64,000 bases of DNA from the sequence record NC_048170.1. One strand, written 5' to 3'. How positions within the stretch are numbered: the first letter of the stretch is position 1; every line of letters begins with the position of its first letter. The notes under the pieces are model-generated. The model worked only from the letters and a program-made list of their open reading frames with translations. It was not told the origin of the DNA and searched no databases. Shown here in pieces: positions 38,931-48,899 of the stretch. A program made the translations under genes and the position numbers.

Positions 38931-40403
38931 CTATTTATTCAAGTATCTGAAATCCCACTTATCCTTACGTCTATTATCGCACTTGATGTCAGGATGTCTA
39001 ACACGGTGTTGAATCGTAGTCGCTGGTAATTGACTCACATTCACAGCCGATTTCGCGCCAAGAACAATTGTTTTTGTGTTGTCCGGACGAGTAACTTCTA
39101 CCGCTCGATGATGTTTACGTAACACATCACGCCAATACTCACGCCGTTCCGGTTCCGCGTATTCGAGCATATAACCGTTGGTATCGACCAGACCGTAACT
39201 CTCGTTTAAACGAGAGGTGGCGGCTGGTCTACTAATACCAATCGCTTTAGCCGCGTCAACCACGGTTTTATACGGGGTCTCATTACCGTCTCTATCTACA
39301 ACCACAATAAAATCTGGACGCGAATCGAGCAGCTGCTGTCTTCGTTCAAGGGCTTGTTGATGAAGCACCTTATTAACATGTTCGAACCCGTAACCTTCTG
39401 GACCGTGCCACCCTGGATTGTTATTCGCTCGATAAAGTATCGTCGCAGATTTCACTCCCGTCTGACGTGACGCCTCGTTCGCACTATGGACAACCGTGGT
39501 AGTGCCATCAGGGTGATATATCCGTATCTGGTTCATTATACCAGAACCAACGAAATTACCATCAGCTGATTTAATGTCCGGCCAGGGTTGTGGATCATCT
39601 TTGAATTTAACCACCCAACGGTTGTTAAACAATTTGACTTTCCGAGCATGTTTACCTAATGTCGTGTCTGTAACACCGGCTACAGCAGAGGCTTGCGCGA
39701 TACTAGGATATTCCGTGACCACATCTTCTTCAGTATCCCAAAGGAGAACCGGTTTGTTATCATCACGTAGTCCGGTCTCAACCGCATGTAGAATATTTCT
39801 AAGGCGGGTTGCCCATTCTAGATTGTCTAACGCGTAATTCCACTTATCGCCATCAAGATGGTTAACGTCCATCCTATCGACATCAGCCGGATAATCTTTC
39901 CACGCTAAGAGCAGACAGCGATGAAGCGATCTTCTCTGGGATTTAAATCGGCAATCATGCTGCATACTAACGAAAACATAGCTATCGTCAACACACCAGT
40001 GAGGACACTGACGGCCAGTAATACGGTTGATGATTCTACCTTTCCGGTTGGCCAAATAACGAGTGTGTCCGGGAATGACACGATAACCTGGGTACTTAGC
40101 GATTTCGTAAGCAGGCTCGAACCGATAGGATAAATTATCAACATCCCAGTTAGATTCGTCACCATCAACAAACATCGCTTTGACGTATTTCTGTGTTTCA
40201 ATATCAACCAGGATGTTTTTGTGTGCGATACAAATCAATGCTGGGATATTGAATTCGCGACCGGCTATGATAACCGTGTCGCCATTTCTCGGTACCTCGA
40301 CGTGGGTATCGCGATACCGTAAGTTTCCATAGCCGTCTATTTCAATCCAGCTTAAAAACGGAATGGGTATAAACTCTTTTTCAGATACTCGCCATTTAAA
40401 CAT
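38931..40403 (-). CDS. Intron-encoded HNH homing endonuclease with NUMOD4-like and NUMOD1/HTH-like repeats
   Basis: 490 aa; DVNHLDGDKWNYALDNLEWATRLRNILH; four C-terminal S-x-x-E/D-A-type HTH-like repeats. Confidence 0.9.
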   Translation of the reverse strand: MFKWRVSEKEFIPIPFLSWIEIDGYGNLRYRDTHVEVPRNGDTVIIAGREFNIPALICIAHKNILVDIETQKYVKAMFVDGDESNWDVDNLSYRFEPAYEIAKYPGYRVIPGHTRYLANRKGRIINRITGRQCPHWCVDDSYVFVSMQHDCRFKSQRRSLHRCLLLAWKDYPADVDRMDVNHLDGDKWNYALDNLEWATRLRNILHAVETGLRDDNKPVLLWDTEEDVVTEYPSIAQASAVAGVTDTTLGKHARKVKLFNNRWVVKFKDDPQPWPDIKSADGNFVGSGIMNQIRIYHPDGTTTVVHSANEASRQTGVKSATILYRANNNPGWHGPEGYGFEHVNKVLHQQALERRQQLLDSRPDFIVVVDRDGNETPYKTVVDAAKAIGISRPAATSRLNESYGLVDTNGYMLEYAEPERREYWRDVLRKHHRAVEVTRPDNTKTIVLGAKSAVNVSQLPATTIQHRVRHPDIKCDNRRKDKWDFRYLNK

Positions 40404-40441
40404 TTCAATACCTATTAATTACCACTTTCATATTAATAGGT
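40404..40441 (-). promoter_or_regulatory. SD-sequestering hairpin with an internal TATG late-promoter motif upstream of the HNH gene
   Basis: ACCTATTAAT-ATGAAAGTGGTA-ATTAATAGGT-ATTGAA-ATG; TATG at 40432-40429. Confidence 0.6.
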
Positions 40442-40490
40442 TTAAAAGTTAAATTTGCCAGAAAACTGGCATTTTGTTAGCCTTTCCTTG

Positions 40491-41957
40491 ATCACCGCCA
40501 AGTCCGGCGAGGTATGGCGCAGGGACAATAGTAGTTTCTACGAACGAGGCATTAGGTAACCAGTCGGGGTATTCCCACGCAATAAATCGCTCATCCGTTA
40601 TTGGTTCCCAGTTACTATCAAGTTCAGTTTTCGGTTTTGCTGCAACGGTCGTACGCGCGTAACAGGTTAACGGAATGACGGATTGCATACCCGATACCGG
40701 ATAACGTGTTACCATTGCAGCCAGGTTATTCCAGTATTTATATCCTGCGATATACACTAATTCGGTATACGTGATAGGGTGAACATCTGCACCAGGTTTG
40801 TTAAGCATCTCCGGAGGTAATTCACTCATACCACGGAATAACCGAAACGAATCATTGTTCACATAGACAAGACAAAGATATCGTCCATTAACCATGATAG
40901 GTTCGTTACGCACACCCGGATCGCTTAAGGTGTTCAGTAAGCGTTCTATTCCGTCCCAGGTTGTAAAGTCATCGATGGTGTCTGGATCAAGCGTGACGCG
41001 TTCACGTTCCATCGTTTCGGTATCAATAAGTTCAACTTCTGTAACATCACGGACAAATATTTCCTGCAAAATCCCCGTACGTAATGCATGTTGCGTTACA
41101 GGGAGAGCAGCTTTACTCATCTGGTATAACCCTAACTGAACCGCGGTACAGGAAGGCTGGTTAGGCGACCCTAGTACCTCCGTTGTGGGGTTAATTGCTG
41201 AAATAACGTTACGGGTTGAGTTCCAAACGCGACGTGAACCAAACTTACCTTGGAAGATCCCTTTCTTACCTTGGAACATATCCAACAACAAAGCGTAGAT
41301 ATCGTTAAATGTTCTCTGTAAGCTCCAGCGCTGGCCGTCGTAAACGGGATCAGAATAATCTTTTAATCCATCGGGGACGGTGTTAGAAATTGCAAGGAAA
41401 CGACGATACAACTCTGTAATCTCTTGCTCGCTTTCATACCCGCCTTCTTTTACTTCTATTTCACGTAAGCCTGCAGGCAATACCAGTAAGTGACGGGTCA
41501 TCGCTTTGAACATGTTCTCTTCGACAACTTTAATTCGTAGCTCTCGTTGAGCTGAGCCCGTTGAAACGAACTTGATATCCGCGACGTGTTGTGCAAAGAA
41601 CCCGTATCCTGTTTGTCCTGTTAACGCATCAGACGCAACGAAGTCGCGTTGTTCAGGATCCCAACGAGCGTACGCCTTCCCCGACATGATATCACCATAG
41701 AGGTGTTTTAGTCGAATGAGGCGGTCGTAAATGACAGGGTGCAGGATTTCAACTTTACATTCAATCACCGCAAATCGACGGTCTCGATCTTCACTACCCG
41801 CACTACCAAAGATGGTGTAAGAATAGAAACCATCATCGTGGAAATTACCGGTGCTTGGGTCACGAATGCTCATGCTCGTGATCTTGGGGAGAAAACGTAA
41901 CTGCTGTTTATCGAGGTGTAAAATGCTAATGTTAAACGGCTCTCTGACTTTAGCCAT
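40491..41957 (-). CDS. Exon 1 of the virion RNAP beta' N-terminal subunit (phiKZ gp180-like); spliced product 548 aa
   Basis: GAGGAG SD before ATG 41957; LLVLPAGLRE, GKKGIFQGKFGSRRV, TRNVIS, VTRYPV; ends YLAGLGGD at the splice site. Confidence 0.92.
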
Positions 41958-42202
41958 GGAGACACTCCTCTTTACCACCACCGGCTGCGGCGGTATCATC
42001 TGAACACACGAGAGACGTAATGGGTGATGGCGTCACCCATCGCTTCCTTGCTTGAGGCGAGGAAGTTATTAGGTTACGTACCTGCGTGATAAAATCAAGC
42101 AGGCGATGTGTGAAGTTACGCTTCAACATTATCAATGCCGAAGGTAAACTTCGTGCATCACGTTCCAACGTAACATGGGAACGTATCGAACTGGAGGTAT
42201 AC

Positions 42203-45200
42203 ATGGTAGATAAAACCCGTGTTGAGGGTGATGATAATTGGGATAACTGGGATGAAGACTTCTCCCTGGATCTCGATTTTAACGAACCCAAAGACGATCG
42301 TAAACCGATAACACGCTTTGCGATAGGAGCGGTTAAAGGTGCTGCTGAGGATCTTACTTCCTACGAAAGAATGAAGGAGATCGCCAGAAACGCATTGCCT
42401 AAGGGCTACAGCGACGGTATGGATCTTATCGATTCCGCCGTCGGATCCACGAAGGAACTATACAATGAAGCCGTTCGTGACGTTCTTCCTAAGGTCCAAA
42501 GCTCAAAACGGTTAGCAGCACAACTGACCAAGAAATACCGTGCGAGCATGCCCGATTTCTCGAAGAAAATTCTTGAGCAATGGGAGCGAGAAGCCAAGGA
42601 AGAAGACGAACGTAAACAAGCTGAAGAAGCCCTTCGTCAACGCATGGCGAGCGCGGGGGACGATGAGATCGCCCGCAAGGTTGCCGAGGCATTAGGCGAA
42701 TCAGCAAACCAAAGCGCGGATCAGTTTGCTGAACAGCAAGCGAAAGAAAGTATCCGTGACGATATCGCTGACAAACGGTACGCTGTAACCAACAAACAAA
42801 TGAGTGCGATGCAAGAAGGCGTCGCCAAGATGGTTGGTTTCAACAATGAATTCGCTGCACGCTACATGCGTAAAAGCCTGGAACTGAAATATCGTTCCTT
42901 AGCGATTCAACGTGCAAGTTTCGATCAGCATAAAAAGTTAGCCGAAGTCTATATCGGTCTATTACAAAACATCCAGAAGAATACGGCTTTACCTGATGCA
43001 GCTAAAGCGAAGATGTCGGAAGAATTCCGTCGTAGTGCATACCAACGTTTCTTTGGTAATGCGTTAGATGCGATGGGTTCTTTCGAGAACCGTTTCTTTG
43101 CCGATGTTAAGAAGAACCTCGCCACCAACGCATTAGGTGCTTTAAAAGGCGTCGTGTCTGGCGCAAACGATGCGTTATACGGTTTAAACGAAGCACGTGA
43201 CTCGATGTCCATGATGGACGGGATGGGGTCAGAAGGCGATATTAAGGAAATGCAAGGAAGGATGTTGGGTCAGTTCATTGGCTCAACTGTCGCGCCGTGG
43301 ATGGCTAATAAAGGCAGGATGGCGTTACGCGATTTAGCAAAACGTCACCCCAATGCTAAATTCGCAGGTGCGTTAAAAGCCGTGGATCAAGGTGGTGAGG
43401 CTGCCGCTTACACGACGCGTAATCTCGGTAAACTGCTCCAGGAAGATATTCGTAAGAACGAATTCAATCTTAGCGATCCATTTTACAAGCAATTGTTACG
43501 CGGCGCAGGGCGTTGGGCGTTCAACATGGACAGCGGACGTAACTTCCGTGTGATGAACGACACCGCTGAAACACTGGCAGAGCAAACATCTTTCGACGGT
43601 TTAACCTACCGCAGCATCAACGAGGTTATTCCGGGCTTTCTTGCACGCATTCTGAAAAGCAGTGAGGGTATCCGCACCGGAAACAGCGATCCTGACTACG
43701 AGGTCTATGACGGCATCAGCGGGCAATTCGTGGCTCAGCGCACGCGCGAACAAAGCGTCAACGACACGCTGTTTAACAAACGTTCGTTTGGTTATTACGC
43801 AAGCCGTTTCAATGAGGTTATCTCGGTCATCGATCCCGATAAACAATTATCGGAAAAAGCCAGAAAGGCGCTGGCCAAGCAGTTGGCACGAGATAGCGAC
43901 GCAAACATTGCATTCGACCCAGCTCGTTTTACGGATGAAAGCAACTTCGATCGTAGTATCGACCGTGACGCTATTAAGGAACTTTCCACATACTTTCGAG
44001 ACCGTTACGGTATTCGTGATGATGTCAACGATAAGGGCGAACGTCATCAGGTCATTGGAAACCGCGGGCAATATTACACGGAACGTAACCGAGCTGACCT
44101 TCGCTACGGAAATCTGAAATCGTTACAACCGGATATTCAGCGTAACCTTAACCTACTGAAACGTACTGGTGACGTCCAATATCTGGAACGTATCGGTATC
44201 GTAACGAGAAATAGCGACGGAAGCTACTCAGTTAATCACGATCGGTATTTCTCTGAAATCGATCGATACATCGACCGACCGGAGTACGCTGACCGCGGCG
44301 ATGTTAATACGCGATTAACCGCTCAGGAAACAAGAGCGCTGGCGTTGGGTTATCGTGACGCAAAACCATCAACTGGTGACGTCCAAAATGCGGGTCTGCC
44401 GAACATCGATCGTAAGGCTGCTGGAACAGTAACCGTTGATGAAAACATCGGCTACGATAAATGGTGGAACGACGCTGGCGTTATCACTACATCGCTTGAA
44501 GAACAGAATCGAGCATGGCAAGAACTCTATCTCGAAGCGTTATCTGAAGCATCCGAACAACGTGTCGAAATGCTTGCGTTGCTGAAAGCCATTTCTGAGA
44601 AAGACTGGTCTAATAACGTTTCGCTGGATGGTGAAGACGTACCTGAAGGTGCAGCGCCCATTTCATTTATCGATCGCGCCAAACAAAAACTCGGCGGACG
44701 CAACCTCTTTAAAGGTGGCCGTAATCTCCTCTGGAAAGGAATTAAAAATACCGCACGATTGGGTGTTAAAGGCGCACGTTGGGGTGCAGAACGTACATTA
44801 GGTAGTTTGGTAAATTCCGGCCGACGTATTATCAATTTCAACCGTTTTGTGTTCGGCGCATTATCCAAGGTCGATCAGGTTCCGTTTGACATTTACGTTA
44901 AAGGGGAATCCCAACCACGCATACTGGCTGCCAAACTTCGTCAGGGGTTATACTTCGACGAGGCGACAGGAAAAGCCGTAAAACGGATGAAGGATATCAA
45001 AGGCCCACTCGTTGATGCGGATGGAAACGTCGTAATCAGCAACGAGGATATCGAGAAAGGGCTGGTCACTCGCGCTGGTCGTGCCTTTGAGAATTCAGGA
45101 CTTAAGGCGTGGGCGCATGAAGGTCTTAATGGAATAACGACGGTATTAAGTCTGCCACGGATGTTAAAACGCGGTGCGGTTGAGATCTACAAACAGCTTG

Positions 45201-48200
45201 ACAGAACACCCGACGTTTACGTCAAGGGAGAATCAACGCCTCGTCTATTATCCATGGTGTTAGCAGCGGGTGGGTATTTCCGTCGCTCTGATGGGCAAGT
45301 CATCAAAAATCTTGAAGACATCGATGGTGATGTTGTTGATGCACAAGGTAACGTCGTACTTACGCTTGCCGACATGCAGAAAGGACTTGTCGATAAATAC
45401 GGTAAAGCGATTCGTCGCTTAAAAGAAAAGCTCATCAACTTCGGTGTGAAAGCTTTCACGTTACCGTTAACCTTACTACGCAAGACAAAGGACATCCTTA
45501 AAGCCCTTCCAGGTAAAACCGTTAACGGTCTACGACGGATGGGATTAAATTTCCAATCACCTGACGCATTACTGGTGGGAACAACGTCGAGCATGGTAGA
45601 TCGGCTCGATGCGATTTACCAGCTTCTTGACCAGCGTATGCCGGGTGGTGATAAGGATTACCGCGATTGGGATGGCGATGGTGTTCGAGAAGGATCGTTG
45701 GAAGACCTGAAACGTAAACGTGCAGCCAAGGAAAACGGTGAGGATGACGCAGGCAAAGATTCCAATAAAGGGGAAGAAAAGGAGAAGAAACGAGGATTAC
45801 TCGGAAGCCTTTTCGATATGCTCGGCGATACCGCATTAGGTAAACGCCTCATGGCGAGTCCGCTTGGAAAAATTCTAGGTGGTCTTGGGGCGGTGTTAAG
45901 CGGCGGTGCATCGTTAACCGGGTTGTTGGGCAAAGGTCTCATTAGAGGAACCGGTGCACTGGTCAAGGGAGGACTAAGTGCGGCAGGATGGTTAGGACGT
46001 GGTGCGTTAATGGCGGGCGGGGCCGCATTGAACGCCGTTGGTGGGTTATCGGGATTAGGTGCATTCCTCATCTCACCTGTTGGGCTTGCTATCGCTGGCG
46101 GCGCATTGGCTGCTTATGCTGGATGGAAGATCTATCAGCATTTCGCCGAGAAGCCTGACCCGATGCAGAAGCTCCGTCTTATCGCATACGGTGTAAAAGG
46201 TGACGATAAAGACTTCAATAAGAAGCTGCTTGCGACAGAAACATACCTCACCGACCATGTGGTTATGACCGGGGATACCATCGGATTCGATCCGAAAGCC
46301 GATTCTGAAAAGATTCTCGAAATCTGGGAATTGTCCCTGGAAGATTCCGACCGAATGAACGAATGGAAACGTTGGTATCTACATCGTTTTATTCCTGTTT
46401 TCGCTCGTGCGTACAAACTCTGGAAAGAGCATATGCCGGACGAGAAGAAATACATGGAAATGGATAAATATCCAAACGGTGAGAACAAAGTGAAATGGTC
46501 GGAAGCGTTTATCTGGCCTTCCGATAGTCCTGATGGTCCGTATTACGTCGAAGCTAACCCGTTGGGTTCTTCTGGTGCGACGCGTTATATTGCTGGTCAA
46601 GACGTCAAAACCTTGATGCTGAAACAACTCGAAGCCATCAAGAAAGAGTACCAGAATCAGATTAAGCAATACTCTCATGATGAGGCTATTGCTGATTGGT
46701 CACGGATGTCTGACACACAACGTAAATCCGTTGCGCCTAACGCATTACGCGGTCAGAAAGCGTCGTTACGTTTTAACGATAAACGTTACAACAGTGCTGG
46801 CGCTAAAGGACGACAGAAACTGGATGCAACCGCGGTTATTGAAAGCGTAGACCGCCGCGGCAGGAAATGGGTTGCCGGTGGATACATCGATGAACTCACC
46901 AGTCTCCGTGTTCGCGCGTACGGTATCAAGGTTCCGTTGTTAAGCCAGATAAAAGTGCTGATGGAACTTGAAGACGCTGTAGAACCTGGCGTTGTCGCTG
47001 AAGGTAAAGGTGTTAAATACGGTGGCGATCTTGTCGCGCTCTACAAGAAATTCGCGACGAAGTTCGGAAGAGACGTTAACAGCAAGCATGATCAGGATAT
47101 CTGGTTTGCTTGGATGAATAACCGTTTCCTGCCCGTCTTTTTAACCTATTACCAACAAGTTAGCGAAATGGGCGGTCAAGGACTTCTGTCCGACGTGGTA
47201 CAGAACCTGAAAGACAGCCAGCGTTGGGAAATCGGTGAAGCACTTGTCGCAACGCAATACCGTGATGAGAAAGGTGCATTACAGCCTGTATGGTCGTGGA
47301 ACAGTTGTGGTTTCTCCGGTACTGAAGCTAACACCACCAGCAGTTCAACAAAGAGCCAACTCGATCTGTTAAAAGAATATGCGGATAAAGAGAAGGTTCG
47401 TGAGAAGAACGCGGAAGCATCGCAAGAGGATACCGATAAATTATCGAAGATCCAAGAGCTGATGATGAAGCAGGCTGGGTACGAGAAGAAAGACGGTGTC
47501 TGGCAGAAGAAATCTCGCATTACTGGTGGGATGAGTAACTCCGAAGCGAATTACAACCCCAATGGGAATAAGGTCGGTGCAAGCAGCTTTACTGCTTCGG
47601 CTACTTCCAATGCGGGATTGGGATCAACCGGCGATCTTACTGGATTGCCTAACATGGGCTTACAGAAACCGGCAACGGGACCGGGTCCTGAAGCTGGACG
47701 TCGTGCGCTTGTTAAATCCGCTGTAAAACGCGGTATTACCGATCCAATGGAAATGGCGATGTTCCTTGCGAACATCGAACATGAATCGGGGAACTACACT
47801 CACGTACGTGAGGGGAACTATAAGACACCTGAGCGTCTTAAACAGGTCTTCCCTTACAAATTCCGTGATGTGCAGGATGCCGCACAGACGATCAGCATGG
47901 GGCCGGAAGCGGTATTCGAACGTGTGTATGGTAATCGTAAAGACCTAGGAAACACACAGAAAGGAGACGGGGCGAAGTATTTAGGACGTGGATTCATTCA
48001 GGTTACCGGTAAAGCTAACTACGCTCGTCTGTCTAAGACCTTGAATAAGGATCTTGTCAGCGATCCGACATACCTGGAAACGCCGGAAGGTGCAGCGGAA
48101 GGTAGTGTTGCATGGTGGCTCAACCGAGGTAACGTATTACGCGATCCCGCAAAACGGGGTGACGTGCGCCAAGTTCGTTATCTGGTTAATGGTGGCTATA

Positions 48201-48868
48201 ACGGATTACGTGATGTTGAACAACGTTCTGCATATTGGATTCAGGCGGCTAAGAATGGCACCCTGAAGAAAATGATGGACGAGTTATCAGGGTCAACATC
48301 AGACGATCAAGCTGAAGGACCGACCACTGCCGAACAGGTGAAGAACGAAGCAGCACAAGAGGCAAACGGAACACCAGCTGTAAGCAACGATCCGCAAGCC
48401 CCAGTATCTTCTACTACCCCTGAAGCTAAACCGTCTGCAGCTGCCGGGACGGCCCCAGCACCTGGAGAAGCATCACCAACGCCTGGAAGTTTCGAAACAG
48501 CAAAAGCCGCGGCAGGACAACCGACATCAACTCCAGCACCTAGCGATTTGCCGTCAAACCCGGGCGCAAATCGAGGGATATCGGTTCCGAATACGCCTGC
48601 ACAGGTTGCACAGTCTGCGACACAAACGTCGGCTGCAAGTGAGAACTTCTACGGTAGCGCAGGTGAAATTCTCCGACAGCAGCTGACCACGCAGCAGAAC
48701 ATCGAGAAGAACACCGGTAGAACGAATGAACTTATTTCGGAATTAATCCAAGCCGTTAAGGGTTCTTCTATCGGTAAGGGTTCTGCAGGTCCTTCTCAAC
48801 AACAGACGATGTCGCTACCTAATCGTCCGCAAGGAATCTCTCCAACACGGACAAGGTACGCACAGTAG
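42203..48868 (+). CDS. Tape-measure-like / tail-associated lysin (phiKZ gp181-like) with a C-terminal GH19 lysozyme domain
   Basis: GGAGG SD before ATG 42203 (2221 aa). Helical body, Gly-rich hydrophobic segments, GH19 motifs FLANIEHESG, YLGRGFIQVTGKANY, VNGGYNG, then a Pro/Ala/Thr tail. Confidence 0.88.
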   Translation: MVDKTRVEGDDNWDNWDEDFSLDLDFNEPKDDRKPITRFAIGAVKGAAEDLTSYERMKEIARNALPKGYSDGMDLIDSAVGSTKELYNEAVRDVLPKVQSSKRLAAQLTKKYRASMPDFSKKILEQWEREAKEEDERKQAEEALRQRMASAGDDEIARKVAEALGESANQSADQFAEQQAKESIRDDIADKRYAVTNKQMSAMQEGVAKMVGFNNEFAARYMRKSLELKYRSLAIQRASFDQHKKLAEVYIGLLQNIQKNTALPDAAKAKMSEEFRRSAYQRFFGNALDAMGSFENRFFADVKKNLATNALGALKGVVSGANDALYGLNEARDSMSMMDGMGSEGDIKEMQGRMLGQFIGSTVAPWMANKGRMALRDLAKRHPNAKFAGALKAVDQGGEAAAYTTRNLGKLLQEDIRKNEFNLSDPFYKQLLRGAGRWAFNMDSGRNFRVMNDTAETLAEQTSFDGLTYRSINEVIPGFLARILKSSEGIRTGNSDPDYEVYDGISGQFVAQRTREQSVNDTLFNKRSFGYYASRFNEVISVIDPDKQLSEKARKALAKQLARDSDANIAFDPARFTDESNFDRSIDRDAIKELSTYFRDRYGIRDDVNDKGERHQVIGNRGQYYTERNRADLRYGNLKSLQPDIQRNLNLLKRTGDVQYLERIGIVTRNSDGSYSVNHDRYFSEIDRYIDRPEYADRGDVNTRLTAQETRALALGYRDAKPSTGDVQNAGLPNIDRKAAGTVTVDENIGYDKWWNDAGVITTSLEEQNRAWQELYLEALSEASEQRVEMLALLKAISEKDWSNNVSLDGEDVPEGAAPISFIDRAKQKLGGRNLFKGGRNLLWKGIKNTARLGVKGARWGAERTLGSLVNSGRRIINFNRFVFGALSKVDQVPFDIYVKGESQPRILAAKLRQGLYFDEATGKAVKRMKDIKGPLVDADGNVVISNEDIEKGLVTRAGRAFENSGLKAWAHEGLNGITTVLSLPRMLKRGAVEIYKQLDRTPDVYVKGESTPRLLSMVLAAGGYFRRSDGQVIKNLEDIDGDVVDAQGNVVLTLADMQKGLVDKYGKAIRRLKEKLINFGVKAFTLPLTLLRKTKDILKALPGKTVNGLRRMGLNFQSPDALLVGTTSSMVDRLDAIYQLLDQRMPGGDKDYRDWDGDGVREGSLEDLKRKRAAKENGEDDAGKDSNKGEEKEKKRGLLGSLFDMLGDTALGKRLMASPLGKILGGLGAVLSGGASLTGLLGKGLIRGTGALVKGGLSAAGWLGRGALMAGGAALNAVGGLSGLGAFLISPVGLAIAGGALAAYAGWKIYQHFAEKPDPMQKLRLIAYGVKGDDKDFNKKLLATETYLTDHVVMTGDTIGFDPKADSEKILEIWELSLEDSDRMNEWKRWYLHRFIPVFARAYKLWKEHMPDEKKYMEMDKYPNGENKVKWSEAFIWPSDSPDGPYYVEANPLGSSGATRYIAGQDVKTLMLKQLEAIKKEYQNQIKQYSHDEAIADWSRMSDTQRKSVAPNALRGQKASLRFNDKRYNSAGAKGRQKLDATAVIESVDRRGRKWVAGGYIDELTSLRVRAYGIKVPLLSQIKVLMELEDAVEPGVVAEGKGVKYGGDLVALYKKFATKFGRDVNSKHDQDIWFAWMNNRFLPVFLTYYQQVSEMGGQGLLSDVVQNLKDSQRWEIGEALVATQYRDEKGALQPVWSWNSCGFSGTEANTTSSSTKSQLDLLKEYADKEKVREKNAEASQEDTDKLSKIQELMMKQAGYEKKDGVWQKKSRITGGMSNSEANYNPNGNKVGASSFTASATSNAGLGSTGDLTGLPNMGLQKPATGPGPEAGRRALVKSAVKRGITDPMEMAMFLANIEHESGNYTHVREGNYKTPERLKQVFPYKFRDVQDAAQTISMGPEAVFERVYGNRKDLGNTQKGDGAKYLGRGFIQVTGKANYARLSKTLNKDLVSDPTYLETPEGAAEGSVAWWLNRGNVLRDPAKRGDVRQVRYLVNGGYNGLRDVEQRSAYWIQAAKNGTLKKMMDELSGSTSDDQAEGPTTAEQVKNEAAQEANGTPAVSNDPQAPVSSTTPEAKPSAAAGTAPAPGEASPTPGSFETAKAAAGQPTSTPAPSDLPSNPGANRGISVPNTPAQVAQSATQTSAASENFYGSAGEILRQQLTTQQNIEKNTGRTNELISELIQAVKGSSIGKGSAGPSQQQTMSLPNRPQGISPTRTRYAQ

Positions 48869-48878
48869 TCATTAGTTA

Positions 48879-48899
48879 AGGGCGGGAATCTCCCGCCCT
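48879..48899 (+). terminator. Hairpin between two co-directional tail genes (terminator, attenuator or stabiliser)
   Basis: AGGGCGGGA-ATC-TCCCGCCCT followed by CTTCTT. Confidence 0.5.

Larger units (their letters stand above)
38447..40490 (-). mobile_element. Group I self-splicing intron (IA2-type core), 2044 nt, encoding an HNH homing endonuclease
   Basis: 5' exon ends in U (GGT GAT|); intron ends in G (gacaagG|TTC GAC). P AATTGCTGGGAA 38879-68, Q AATCAGCAG 38740-32, R GTTCAACGACTAAG ~38674-61, S GATATAGTC 38540-32. P3 AACCTACG/TGTAGGTT; P7 GACTA/TAGTC. Confidence 0.93.

Noticed and set aside
40449-41999. ORF-track 516-aa RNAP beta' as a complete gene, pseudogene or frameshift
   Set aside because: The last 13 codons are intron sequence. 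Canonical splice-site nucleotides, a full ribozyme core and an in-frame exon 2 explain the break. The first 14 codons precede the SD-supported ATG.
42086-42202. ORF-track N-terminal 39 codons of the tape-measure-like gene, and ORF 41950..42291
   Set aside because: A GGAGG SD supports ATG 42203; the upstream part is the divergent promoter region.
42000-42202. Frameshifted tail-assembly chaperone pair upstream of the tape-measure gene
   Set aside because: The upstream gene is divergent (RNAP beta'); there is no co-directional chaperone ORF or slippery site.
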